The notes under the pieces: model-generated
What the model was told of the DNA's origin: nothing
What the model saw: only the letters and a program-made list of their open reading frames with translations
Database searches by the model: none
Translations under genes and position numbers: made by a program
Source of the DNA: Camelus ferus
Taxonomy: Eukaryota
Direction of reading: 5' to 3'
NCBI RefSeq assembly: GCF_009834535.1
Contig: NC_045697.1
Span: 58,716,001-58,780,000 of the forward strand
DNA: 64,000 nt
Shown: positions 39,791 to 53,600 of the stretch, in pieces
Layout: every line of letters begins with the position of its first letter
Numbering within the stretch: position 1 is the first letter of the stretch

Positions 39791-41963
39791 TTGACGATCC
39801 CAATGTCTTGTGAGACAGTGAGTCATGCATTTCATGGTCACTCTGGGAAACTAATTTAATTCACTCTTACAGGTTCTTAGAAGTACTATGATCTGATACA
39901 TCTAAATGGCCCAAAATTCATTCAGATGTACTGTGAATCAAGCATTCCAAGGAAGCTCTGAATTTAAATTATCATTACATAACCAGGCCTTCTCAATTTG
40001 AATAGCATGCAGCCATCAGAAAGATAAATTTCTGAACATAAGGTAGAGGGAGTAATAGGATAACTGAATATTTATTTTTATATAGACTTCTGAAAGAAAA
40101 AAAAACAAAACCAAAAACATGTCATTTTAATTAAACCCACATACAAGCTCCAATTTAAGTGTAGTTGCCATCTACTGATCAACTTTATTTAATAAATGTC
40201 ATTTAATATGTTGAATGCTATTGGTTACTGGCATTAATTTTAAAGCAATATTGTTTAACTTAAAATATGTCTTATGATGACTGCCAGGGAAGATACACAT
40301 CATCACAGGATTAGTAATCAGATACAGAATCATTTGCTGCTAACTTATTCATTCCAATATGGTTCATAGCAGTATAAGAACAAAATTAGTTAAGTATGAT
40401 AATGAAAAAGTCACCTCTGGGGCAAAAAAGTTCCTCCATTTGCTACAACATACTGTAACATATAATAAAAATGATATTGCTATGGTTTCATCAACTATTG
40501 AGTAAGTTCTCATTATATATAAAATAATCAGCCTCTTTTCTGCTAAATTTAATAAAGTGATGTTTGTTTTAACTTCCATTATCCATATAAAAATTATCAG
40601 CCCATTATCTCCTGTTTGGTTACAATGTATTTGTAGATGAAGCATTCAAAAATGAATCTTAAACATAACTATATTTTAAAACATTCTTACATACTAGACA
40701 TGTAAGGATTGTGTTGGTTGGTTCCATTGTTCTAGTAATCTAAAATGGTACCATTAAAATAATTTAAATAAAACATTGTTATATTTATATGCTAGGAGTG
40801 TAATCCATAGTGTTCTCCATTAATAAACCCAATTACATATTTTTATTACACTCTAAAATCAGTGTGTACCAAAAAAAAAAATCCTGGGAATGTTCAGAAA
40901 CTTCTCAATTACTGCTTCAGCCGTGTAAATACATAAAACTCCATTTAAAATCACTGGAATAACAAGATATGATTGTGTTTAAAAAAGGTAGTTTTGTGAG
41001 TCTTTTTGTTAGCAAAATTAGTCATATGAATTTACATTAGTACTTATCAGATGACATTTATACAAAAGCATGTGTGATGAAGAAACATATTATACTTAGT
41101 ATACTTAATGAATTCACATTATCTAAAATATGGGAAAACAGTCTTTGAATCGTATAATAAGGCATTATGTTGTAAGAGGAAAATGTTTTATGCAAAAAAA
41201 AGGCACCATCATCACAATACATTAATGTTTAAAATCTGAAAATGGTTAATCAGGGTACTAGGAGTTTTTAATTCTCAGGAATGGAATGGAGCAATATAAA
41301 AAATGTATATTCATTTGTAATAACAACAGTATTTTGTTCACTGTCACTAAACATAACTCCTTTTCCTCAAGTCTGTACTTTCTGTATGTTCCACTGCCTG
41401 TCACTCTGAGTACTGCTAATATGTCATTCATTTTGAATTTAGAAGCCTGTAAAAGATAAGGATCTCATGGTAGAATATGAATATATACGTCATAAAGGAA
41501 TCATCCAGATCCCAAATAATAAAAGAACTAAATACTCAGAGAAAAAGAAATCGATCATCATAAACATTAAAAAATTTCTGTAATTCTTATATTGTCATTA
41601 TATACCTAGCATTCACAAAGGAATGTGCCAAAGCCAGTGCTGTCCATATACAAGTTAAGTGGCAATTTAAGAAGAGGAACGAAAGTTATAAGGCCCTAAT
41701 TTGGTGTTTTTATTTTTGAGAAAATTGATTCTAAATTGTAAACTAAAAATACTGTAGGATCTTACAGAACACATTGTGACAATGCATGTAAACCAAGTTC
41801 CATAATTCATAAGGTAATTCTCTAGCCTCATGTCTTTCATTTTCTATATTCTTTTATATGTAATTTTACAAACACTCTTCATATTAGAAAAATATGATTT
41901 GACACAAGCAAGTGAAAACATAACCGAGATGAAGAATGAGGAGGACCACAGAAACCAGGATAC

Positions 41964-42447
41964 TACATTAATTTTCTTGTTGCTTCTGGAACAAATTACC
42001 ACAAATTTAGTGGCTTAAAACAATGCAAATCTTTTCTCTTATAGGTTTGGAGGCAGAAGTCCGTAACATGTCTTTTAGGGCTAAGACCAAGGTGTTGGCA
42101 GGGTAGATTTCACATGGAAGCTCTGGAGAAAATGTCTTCTTGCCTTTTTTTTTTTCTCATTTTATAGAGGCTGTGTCCTCATTCCTTAGCTTGTGGCCCC
42201 ACATCACCTTTTTCCATCCTGATTCTAATGTGACATTTCCTTCTTTGACCTTCTTGCCTCCCTCTTAAAAGGACCCTTGTGATTACACTTAAGGCCCACC
42301 TCTATAATCCAGGATAATGTGCCCATCTCAAGAGCCTTAACATTGTCACATATGTAAAGTTACCTTGGCCATATAAAGTAGAACTCACAGGTTATGCGGA
42401 TAACAATGTCAATATCATTGTGGGGGGTCATCATTCAGCCTACCACA
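41964..42447 (-). mobile_element. MaLR solo LTR, MLT1D-like
   Basis: aacaaattaccacaaatttagtggcttaaaacaa...ggacccttgtgattaca...ataatccaggataat...attcagcctaccaca. Confidence 0.88.
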
Positions 42448-44670
42448 AGGACTTAAGCAAAAAGATATTAATACTGTGTCTCGTGAGGTGGTCACCCTGA
42501 AGAAATCTTACATAGGAAGATGTATATCATTGCAGTGGAAAATGGCTAAGGTGTCTAATGTCTCTATAACTTACAGTTCTATATATTAAAAGGACACATA
42601 AGCTTCCATTTATATACATTATATTTCAGTACAAATAAATGTTTTGATTATAGTTTGGCTAAAAGATATCATATTATATATTTGTATTGTTTGATCAAAA
42701 TGGAATTTTCAATGCATAAAGCTTATTGATACAGATGTGAGAAACTGAGTCAGATTTGTCTGACCAATAAAGGTAACTTTAAAACATTTTACAAAAACTG
42801 GGATGTTGTTTCAATTTTGAACTTACATAAAACTTCATAAATATGAAATATGAAGTATTAAGAAATTATTATGAAACCTGATTGATTCATAGTAAATTGA
42901 ACTTGTTTCAGTGTTAGCACACCTTTCTATTAATAAGCGAAAAGTGATTATTTTGTATCTGCAGAGTTAAATAAATGATTTTATTTTGACAAAGTCTAAT
43001 TTAAAATACTAATTCTTCACTGCACTAAAAAGATATTATTTGCCTACGTTCTAAACTTTTTCAGTAGCAATTTAAAAAATAAAAACCTTTCCAGATTTTC
43101 TTATTATAATATAAATTTATAAGCCTTAAAGGCTTATTTTAGGAATTTTTCAAATTAACTTCATAATATCCTGAAAATATAGAAATGTGTTTGAAAATGT
43201 GGTAATCTTGCAAGGAAGTCCAATTTCCAAATATTCCACACATCTCTGGGTAATATTTGACAGAACAAATTATCATAATCGTCAGTCAGCATCCAAAGAA
43301 TATTTATGGAGCCCATTCCAAAAATAAAATAATTAGCTATGTCAGACATGAATACAATTCATAGCAGCATGTGTTTAAAATAAATGGAAATGTGCTTTTA
43401 AAATTAACATGTTCACAAATATTGCTTGGAAATGCATTTCAGTCCTGAGTTACGTATCAGTGATTTCTAAGTTGTAATCTTCTGGTGGGAGTTGAATGCT
43501 ATAACAATGGCTATATAGAATTATGAAAATCTTTTCATTTAAAAGTAACTGGAATTGCATCTGTATTAGTTTATTATTGTCTACTTGTGGCAGCATATCA
43601 GAGCTGGACATTCCTTACTTGAATGTATGGTTAACTAAATAAATTAGAGTGTGCATCTGAATTCATTATGTGAAAATATAGCAAATAGAGGTATTACTTG
43701 TTTTCTCCTAAATATAAAGGAACAATATTTTATACATATGTATTTTTCTTAAGTGAAGTCAATGTTCACTTCACTGACAGTTTTATAAGATATTAATATA
43801 TGAATTTACTCTCCAGGACTACTTATGTTGTTCCACTTTTTTTTTTTTTTAAGTCAGAGACAAACATAATTCATTACACTTCTTAAGAATGTTGCAAGGC
43901 GTTCTTTTCTTCCCTAAGCTAAAAAGCTCCCTACCTGCCATGACAGGGCTAAGACAAGAGATACCATGCTGAGTCATTTAGTTAGGTTTTTCTTTGATGA
44001 TGTGTGATATTTCCAAATCAAACTATTCATGTATGAGAGAAATTAAAAGTAATGAAATCAAACCTTGAGAATGAGAATTGGAAAGAAAAAGGAATTTTAC
44101 TAATGCTGGCTACTGAAGTCAGTTAACAGGAAAGCCAAAAAGAGGAACAACATAAGATGAGCCGGGAAAACGGCTTTGGCTTCCTCACATTTGCTTTTAA
44201 TAAAGTGCTAAATGAAAGCAAATCAATAATTCTGTGTGTATATGAAGACTATATACATACAACTTCCAAAGCAGAATATATAGCAGAGACAAATGAACTT
44301 TTGCATCTAACTTTGTCCTCATACATAGATTTTTTTGAAGAGTGAAGCAGTAAGTTTTTATATCACATAAAAAATAATTTTAGTTGTCTTCATGCTTTGT
44401 AAGCATAAGGTATGTGGTGCAGCATAACAAACCATGAAAGAAAACCCAAGTATGCCAGACACTGAAGATCAACAATTCTCATGCATCACTCTCCTCTAAG
44501 CTACTTCAGCACTGACTTCTGCTATAGGGCTTTGTTGGGTTGGTTCTATTGAATTAAGTTCAGTCATGACCTCAGACAGAGTCTCATTTCAAGCATATAT
44601 TCTAACTGCTTTGAATTACGGTATCACCAGGAAGCAATAAGTACAAGTGAAGTGCAAGGACATTTCTATT

Positions 44671-45240
44671 TGTATCAGAATGCTTTAGGATGAGAAAAAA
44701 ACCAGCAAATACAAAGTAAAGTGGCTTAAAAATAAGAGTTACGTCAGCTTACATATTAAAAAAAATTGGAAGATGGGCTGGTTCAAGTTGGTTAATTCAG
44801 AGATTTAACAAAGTCATGGCTGTGATTTGGATTCTTTGAAATTTTCTTGGATTTTATCTTATGGCCCTAAGACAGTCACTACATTTGTAGAAGCTATGCA
44901 AAGGTAAAATCCAGAAAAAGTAAACTTCCTATCTTATGCCTCATTTTAAGAATGCAGATGTTCTACACATGAACCACTCAGCAAACTACCTTTAATGGGC
45001 ATTGGCCAAAATGAGCCAACGAATATGCCTAAAACCATCCCAGAGGGAAAGGACATCCTCATGACTGGTTTAACTCAGTGAAGGTTCATCATCACAGGGC
45101 CAGAGAGGCACCCCTAGGCCTCTCTGAAGCACATGGCCAATTACAAGAGAGAGAACAAATCAGGGTTATGCTAGTGAGTAAGAAAGCAGGGGTGGTTAGA
45201 GGATGGGTTTGTGGTAGGCAAACAACCGTATCTGACATAC
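44671..45240 (-). mobile_element. Old MaLR LTR (MLT1K/J-like)
   Basis: atcagaatgcttt...gtggcttaaa...cattggccaaaatgag...gtaggcaaacaaccgtatctgaca. Confidence 0.65.
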
Positions 45241-46512
45241 CATTCTCTTAAGTTCCCTTCTCTAGTGAAAAGCACCCCATATTTAAGATATTATAAAATT
45301 TGGAGAATATTTAACAATTGTGTCCCCCAAATTGGGACATATTAAAAAAGTATTTTTTTCAAATTTAAAACTATTTTATTTGTAAGTATGTATATGGTAT
45401 AAGCATTCTGATATAGAGAGTCTGGTTAAACACATTAGAATTCATCCTTACAATGTGATACTCGACAGACATTTAAAAATGGTGATGTAACTCTTCCTTT
45501 ATTAACCTGAAAAAAAACCCCTCCATATTGAAATTTAAAATAAAAGCATTAAAAAATACACGTAGTTCATACATGTATGCTGTATGAAAGCATAAATGTA
45601 AAGAATAGCTATGAAGGATTTGTAGCAACAGTGATTAACACTGAGATGCAGAATAGTTATGATTTTTCAGTTTCTTAGTACTTTTTCTCCTTTTTAAAAC
45701 AAAGTGAACATTTATTATTTCATGATCATCTCAAAGCATTATTTAAAATTTAAAGAAGATGATAATTCTTTCAGGACTATCTGTATTAACTATTTCATAT
45801 TCTGATAATCTTTTAACTCTTTTAACATTTTACATAATAACATCTATATAATACAGCTTTCATAGAAGATATTTTTCTGTAAAACTTTCCCAAAGTTTTT
45901 TCTGTATTTACTGCACATCTCTCTGCCTCTAGAAACATTTATTTTCAGTATTGAGATGAGAAATAACTTCTTTCTAGAGATAATGTACAGGTGTAGGTCA
46001 CCTAGGAACCTGGCACAATGAAAATCTAGCATGCCACACGTCCAGAAACCTGCTACATATCATTCACAACTGGATAACCTCTTCTACAGTTGCTAAGGGC
46101 CTTAAGATGATAACAGTGTTAGTTGATCCATCTTAGAATGACTCTGATGGCAACTTATGACATCTTATAATGAGAACAGAAATTGTCTTCAAGGATAGTT
46201 TAACATTTGTCTTTTTCAAAGTTGTGGTTCTTATTCCATATATTAAAGAAAAATATTCAAATGGTATTATAATACTCATATAACACAGTGAATTATCTGA
46301 GATATATGCTTCAAAATTTATGCATGTTTAGGAAAAGCCATCAATAATTTAAAGTTTGTGGTAAAAAAGAAAAGTGAAAAAAATCTGGTATCACAACCCA
46401 CCTTTAAAGAGAATAAGCAGCCATTAGGTAAATGCAATGCATTTATTTTCTTGGTTGTCAGATTGCTATTTTCAATGATTGGCACTTGGTGTTTCTTTTT
46501 GCATTTAGAATC

Positions 46513-46576
46513 AGATAGGTAGATAGGTAGGTAGGTAGATAGATGATAGATAGATAGGTAGACAAGCAGACAGATA
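46513..46576. repeat. Compound (GATA)/(GGTA)n tetranucleotide microsatellite
   Basis: agataggtagataggtaggtaggtagatagatgatagatagataggtagac. Confidence 0.85.
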
Positions 46577-47289
46577 TTTAATGAATAGTCTACACAGTTT
46601 GAATTTTAAGTGAAAGAACTTTGTACTACTGAATCCTCTAAAGTTAAATAATTTTATGTTTTATTGAAGTTTCTTTTATGATTATGAAATCACATATATG
46701 GAATACAAGTAAAATATGCAGCAGAATGCCTAATACACTGTTTCAGAAAATTTTATAATGAAATATAATCATTACTTTATGTCTTAAACATGAGAAATAA
46801 AGTATCAATAAATATCAGTATAATTCAACAGTCATTACATTGCCCTTTAAGAACTGTTTCCTTTAGAGAAAGGAAAGTTTCATACATATTTATAACAACT
46901 AATAAACATACAATAAAAAATAAAGTTTTTTATGATACCTACTTATGTGTCCACTAAGTACTAGACTTTTCATTATTCATATATATCATAACACTTAACT
47001 AGGAGAATGCTCTGATATAAGCCAATGGTTTCCAAGAACATAGGCCTCCTTTGTAAGAAAAATACCATTCTACTGTAGAACAATAGTAGTTTTATTGTTT
47101 TTTGATTGAAAAAGTCTACAATGCAAAGTTGTCATTTTATTCTTATTATTTTTAAATGGATTTATATTGTATTATTCAAATAATTTTATTCATATTTTAA
47201 AAATATGCAAAATGTGCAAAAGTAGTATTCAGGTTACTGACAATGCTTGAAATGTGAACTCATTTTAAGGTACTTAAAAATCCACAGTT

Positions 47290-47510
47290 AAGAGACTAGA
47301 TAACATTAGCGATAAAGAAAATATCCTAGAATTAAGCTTAGAAACATGTATTTGAACTTATGCTATTGTGAAGAACAAGACAAGATATGTAACCTCTCAG
47401 GGCCTCAATTTCTGTTAATCTATCATTATTTTAAGACTTAAAAACAGTAATATACAGGATAACACAACATATAACCCAGGACAGTTATAAGTACTCAATA
47501 AATGCTGAGT
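47290..47510 (+). mobile_element. MIR SINE
   Basis: taacctctcagggcctcaatttct...ataagtactcaataaatgct. Confidence 0.6.
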
Positions 47511-49464
47511 TACTGAGTCAAAGACAAATGATAGTTAATACCAAAAGATAGTAAGAGTTAAATTATTGAAAAGGTAAAAATAAAATGAATCTTTTCTAAA
47601 AAGTCTTTAATTTGAAATTCCAAATAAAATGAAACAACTCCACAGAAAATTAAGCAAAGCATTCTACATCCAAACCTCACGGTTTCACTTTTGAACGACT
47701 GGGTTAAATGTACAAAAGCTACTCAGAATAAAGAAGCCACTTTGGACTGTACACTATGCTTTCCTTCCTTTACACAAGATTGTTATCAACTAAAATTATT
47801 AATATACGGTGATCTTTATATCACTATTCCATTAGATCTTATTCATGAATACATTAATTAAAATACTCTTGATTAATGGAGACATAAATAGAAAACTATT
47901 TAGTTTGGGCTTAGGAGAATTGTGCTGCACTTTAAGATCATGTCCATCTCCAAATACGAAGGATATATTCAACTATTATAATAGACCTTCCTAAAGATAG
48001 ATAGTGACTAAGAAACATTTGTTGATTTTTAGTAGCTAAGGGAATGAATACATGCAGATGTAGCCAGAGAAAGTAAGATTAAAACCGCATATACGCTTTA
48101 GTTTAAGAAGATTCTGAATCAAAAGATCATTTTCAAAGTAATAACTGTGCAAGCAAACCATTTATCTCTCTGACTTTTACTCTACTCATATGTAAAACAA
48201 CTGTGGCAGAGTTTCACCTTCCTACATCAAAGGTAATATAAAGTTGGGGAACATGAGGGAAATGTAAATATTTTATAATTACAAGGTATAATAACTTCAA
48301 CAGAGGTGTCACTGAAGCACACATATACAAGAAAGACGGGTAAAACTTCCTATGTTTTCAAAAACATCATTCGACCAAATTCTGAAATTTGAGATTCCAG
48401 CATCAATAAGGATCATTCCTGGCATTTGTTAGAGTGTTCAAAGATTCAATCAACAATGCTTCCTGAAGATAAAAGCTGCTACACAGTTATCTTGGAATTG
48501 TTAAGAGAGCACATGAAAAAATGTGTGTGGAAGCCCTATATATCATAAAGAGCTATAAAAAGGTGAGGTTTTAGCATTTGGTTATAACTAAAATGATCCC
48601 CTGATCACCTTTGAATAATCTGCATTTCTATTTCTGGGACAACTTATATAACCAATACATAAGACCAAATAAACATTTCAACATTTTTCTCAAAAACAAA
48701 AAATAAACAAACAAAAAAACTGCTTCCTGAACCTCTTTCTACTTCTTCCCAATATATAATCAGCCCCAATACCCTGTGTGAGCTCTCTCTTATCTCCACT
48801 ATTCCTTCTTAACCAGCTTCACTACTGCTGCTTTAACTCAGCTTTTTTCATAATCCCCACTTGATTTTCATGACCCTTCATTTCCTACAGATTAAAAACT
48901 AAACATGACATACCAGGCTCTTCTTAAGTATCTGCTACTTTCTGATTAAATTAAGTCTCTAGTGGTTCTAGAATGGAAAGTGTAAAATATAAATACCTGA
49001 AAATAAATCACTAAGTTATGCTTATTTCATTTATATTTTATAGATAAGCATAAAGAAATTAAGTAGTTTCCCCAAGGCTGCACCAACAATGAGGATCTTG
49101 GGAAAAGAGCTAAATTCTCTTTGTTTTCAGTGAAAGGTATTTCTATTTCCTTTCTCTTTGTAGTAAAGGGAAAATAAAAATTATATTATTAAGCATTATG
49201 TGACATTATCAATTCTTGTAATATTTTGTATCACACGACCTGTTTTTTGAATAGTGAACAATAATTTGTTCATTTAATTGACATGTTTTAAAAGCTTACT
49301 ATGTGTCCTGTGCTAGGAAGACAAAGATAGATTAGACTTGGCATATGCACTAAAGAGCATGAAATCTTTTAGAGCAGACACATGAACAGGTTATTAACAC
49401 ACAATTAGTTAAGTACAATGATACCTGTATGTACAGGTGACATGAAAAGACCCCTGAGGGTCAC

Positions 49465-49896
49465 TGTTAAGGGTTGAATTCTGTCCCCCCTAAAAGATAT
49501 GTTTAACTGCTAACCCTTAGTATCTCAGAATGTGACCTCATTTGGTATTAGACTTGTTGCAGATGTAATTAGGTAAAATGAGGTCAGACTGGACGTAGGT
49601 GGGCCCTTAATCCTATACGACGAGTGTCCTTATAAAAAGAGGGGGATCTGGACACACAGGGAGAACACGAGAGTCAGAGAATAGAGTGCTGCAGCTGCAA
49701 ACCAAGGAGTACCAAGGACTGATGGTACCAGGAAGCCAGGAGGGCAAGGAAGGATTCTAACTGGAGTTTCAAAGATAGCATGGCCTTATGACATCTTAGC
49801 ATTACAGGCTCTCAGAACTGCAATAGGATATATTTGGTTGTTTCAAGCCACCTAGTTTGTGGTGCTTTGTTTCAGCAGATCTAGGAAATTAATACA
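49465..49896 (+). mobile_element. MaLR solo LTR, MLT1C-like, with 5-bp TSD
   Basis: tgttaagggttgaattctgtcccccc...tcagaatgtgacctcatttgg...aagccacctagtttgtggtgctttgtt...ggaaattaataca. TSD gtcac/gtcat. Confidence 0.9.
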
Positions 49897-50189
49897 GTCA
49901 TTTAACCTAGATAGGACAAGGGCTTTCAGGGCAAGTTTCCTGCTCAAGATGACATCAGAATTCAGTGTTAAGAGATGAGTAATAGTTATCTTGGTGAAAT
50001 TAATGGGAGAACAGAGAAGGCATCTCAGGAAGATAAAAAGAGAAAGGAAATTGAAACAGCATGGTTATACAGAGATCTAGAAGCCATTGGGTATTCTTGG
50101 AGCAGGAGACACAGGCTGGCAAGAGAAGAGGTCAGAGAGGCAAGCAAAGGCTCAAATGTGAGATTTTATGTAACATGTTAACATATGAT

Positions 50190-50385
50190 AGTGGCTAATA
50201 CGTATTTATTGCTTCCTCTCTGCCCAGCATTGAGCAACGTGCTTTCTGTGCATTATCTTGTCTAATCATGACAATGACTCTAATAGGGCTATATACATGT
50301 ACATGTGAAAAAACAAGGCTTTGAGGATTTGTGATTTATATAAGGGTTATCCAGCTAGTTATTAAATGAGTCTAAACTTGATCTG
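50190..50385 (-). mobile_element. MIR SINE
   Basis: gctaatacgtatttattg...tgcccagcattg...gtgctttctgtgcattatctt. Confidence 0.6.
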
Positions 50386-51120
50386 TTTTGTTAAGTGGGA
50401 TCATAGAATGTGTTATAAACAAGGAAGTAATAAGTTCTCATTGCTTTTGATAGAGATTAATCTGCTATTCATGTAGAAAATGAATCTGTGAAGTACAGGC
50501 CTACAGGCATAGGGATTGCATAGCAGAGACGGAGAAAAATCGGTGAATTAAAAACAAAATTAAGGTAGTAAAACTGGAAGGTCTTGATAATTGGAATGTG
50601 AGGGAATTAAAAGAGGGAGAAACCATGGCAGACTCTAGGTTTGGGAATTGAACGTCTGGTGGTGGAACCTCAAAAGCCACAGAAAATATAAGAGAGCAGA
50701 AGTTACAGTTGATCTACATTAGGAAAATGACACATGAAGCACCGGTTCAGTACTGATGTGTGCACAACAAGAGCTCTGAATGGCTGCTGATAAAGCTCTG
50801 GTGTCCTTCAACAAGCACTGTTCCTCTGCTATACTGTGCTGTAACGTGGCAGAGAGGCAGACAGCAGCACCCTGTTAAACGGATTCCCATCTTTTGCTCT
50901 CCAGTGTTTACTGTTGTCCTTAAAGAGATTAAGATATAAGCCTAAATCTCATATGCTAAAATAATTAACTTGGTTATCCATCATTTGGTTTTCTAATACA
51001 TAGTCTGTAATATTTAGCAATTTCCAATGCAGTACACACACATTCGTATAATCAGATTTTGTTGTTGTTGTTTGTTCTTTCTCCAAAGAGACATTTTCAA
51101 AATTAATCAGAAAGACCCAC

Positions 51121-51164
51121 TACACCTGAAACTAACACAATATTGTATATCAACTATACTTCAA
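51121..51164 (+). mobile_element. Extremely 5'-truncated (~45 bp) cetartiodactyl-type L1 3' terminus
   Basis: tacacctgaaactaacacaatattgtatatcaactatacttcaa has the same terminus type as the element ending at 15787. Confidence 0.7.
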
Positions 51165-52015
51165 ATTTCTCAGAAGAGTAAATACAAGAAATGCTTTAGG
51201 TAGTTGGCTACCTGTGGAATTAAAAGGACAACCTGGTTTCTTGGCTTTTATGTTAAATGGGAATTTTTATAACACATTTTAAAGAACTGAGTCTCTAGAG
51301 AGAAGAACAGCTATGTGAATAAAATTCCCATACTGTCAGATATTGAGTTACCATCAGTTGGCAATGCACCTTTGAAGATATGCAATTATGAACAAACATT
51401 TATTTACCTAAGGCATATCTGTATGTTTACAGAATTAGCTTTTGAGGGTTATAGAGTTTGAGTGTCTTGCATAGATGATAGGCAGTCCCTAAAGGCGGGA
51501 AAGAAGGTGGCCGTTTCCTTTTGTAGCATTCCCTATGGTCTAATTATGGAGCAATACTTGCATCAGCTTGAGGAAAAGCCACTCTACCACTCTGGTGGCT
51601 TCTCAGCTGAAAGCAAGTTACATAAAAATGATGGAACAAAAATGGAGAAGCCTAAAAGGGAAGTACAAGAATGGACAGAAGCAAAGGTGAGAAAACACGT
51701 AAGCTATTTACTGGTTACCATATTTCAAGCACTTCAATCCATTTGATAAGTAAACACATTTTACAAATATAAGGCATCAAAAGGATAGATATTTCGCAAG
51801 AGTATGCAAACTCAAGGGTGTGCTTGCTCCTTTTATAAGGGGAAAAGAATACTGAGAGACTGACATTGATAGCACGCCAGCTTAGAAAACCAGTGGAAGT
51901 TTAGCAGAGAGAGAAATAGCAGGGGATAGAAATTAAGTAGCTGCAATGGCTAACTAAGCATGAGCAAGAGCTAAAGTTAGGAAATTCATTCTTTCAACTC
52001 TAACAGAGCATTGGC

Positions 52016-52041
52016 TTTTTTTTTTTTTTTTTTTTTTTTTT
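52016..52041. repeat. poly(T) tract (26 nt)
   Basis: Run of T visible directly in the sequence. Confidence 0.9.
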
Positions 52042-53384
52042 ACCTTCAGTGGAGACCCACTCTAGGAATGCAGCATATAACTACTACATCTCAACTTGCC
52101 AAAATTTACAAAATAGTAAGATAAAAATATGAAAAACCTTCTCTCAACTTGTATTTTACCTAGGAACAAAACAATTTATTTACACAGTAATTGTAATATG
52201 TGGTTTTAAAATTTAGATTCCAAAATTAAAGGATATAGGATCTAATAAATATTTACCCTAATCTTCAAGAATTTGAGTTCATTGCATGCATCAATGGAAA
52301 AAAGTGTAACAGAATACATATTTTTGTATGTTTTTGTATGTTTCAACCAATTTATATACATTTATTGAAAATTTTTATTTCATTCAGCAAATTGTCATAT
52401 ATGTTTAATTTCATGGAGAAAAACTAAAGATACATACTAATCTTTTAAAGGCTTTTTAAGATGTTGATCTACACATATAGGTGATACCAAAAGAGAACAC
52501 TAAGATATTCATAAAATTTGTATTGCTATCTGCTGAAAGATGAAATGTATGCTTCATTAAAATAATAAATGCCCTTTGGGCAATAAAGTGAACATGTTTT
52601 AATGTTTTATTTCAACATTAAAAACGTAATTTAGAAAATAACATCAAAAGCCACTGGGAAAACCGAACAGGTGGGATGAAGTCAATCATCAATCTTGAAT
52701 TTTAACATTGACAAGGAAGCAGGTATTTTTCTTTTAAACCAGTGAGTAAAAAATAATCCACATATATCCAGAATCTCAGAAATCCAAAGGAAATATATGT
52801 TTTTACTAAAAACCTAAAGCTATGGTAACATTATATTTGTTTTATTTGAATTAAATTCAAGTCAACTGTATACTTAGAGTTCCATAAGAAGAAAAATAAA
52901 ATAAATCTTATTGAGAAACTTAACTCATGCAGAGGTCTAATTTGTCAGTTTATACCATAATTTACCATAGTGGTGAGCAAATAGAAATCACTGATTACAA
53001 AATTTTTGAATGAACTTAACAATCTAGAGAAAAATGAAAGTCTCAGTTGCTACTAACCACAACCTCAATCTCGAACTATTTGCATAAAAGACAGGCATTT
53101 GCATAAAAGTAACTCAAACTTTAGGTTAATTATTTTTTCCTACTGTAAAAATGTTTTTGCTTTTATAAACTGTTTAATTATTTTTAAATTTTATTTAACT
53201 TAGTTAACACTGACTTGACTTAATGGTAAACCTGAGGAAGCACATTACTATTAAATGCAATCATAAAAGATTTGTTTTGAAGATTTTATGTATACACTAT
53301 TGCTTTTATTATAATGCTTTTCAAATGTATGACCTTCAGATTACATGACAAGAAATAATTTAGAGGCAATCCTGCATATGTTAA

Positions 53385-53600
53385 AAATATTTGCTTAAAA
53401 TCAGGCAAACTTGAGAATAAATCCTGAATCAGTCAATTAGCTATTATAGTTTATATAAATTACTTAACCTCTCTAAGCTTCAAACACTTCATCTATATAA
53501 TGGAGATAATTGTACCCACACTTCATAGAGTTCCTGTATGAATTAAAAGAGGCAAGTCATATAGTGTGCGTAAGTACAATACTGCTCACAAAGACACTAC
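53385..53600 (+). mobile_element. MIR SINE
   Basis: ttacttaacctctctaagcttc...ttcatctatataatggagataattgtacc...tcatagagtt. Confidence 0.75.

Larger units (their letters stand above)
49260..50700 (-). mobile_element. L2 LINE interrupted by an MLT1C LTR and a MIR
   Basis: ttgttcatttaattgacatgtt...agcttactatgtgtcctgtgctagg is the L2 terminus (minus). L2-like sequence resumes at 49897 and again at ~50390. Confidence 0.6.

Noticed and set aside
43824..43840. Minus-strand AAGTGGAACAA resembling the KVEQK micro-exon
   Set aside because: Lies upstream of the lectin exon, is preceded by poly(A) rather than a pyrimidine tract, and diverges after 11 nt.
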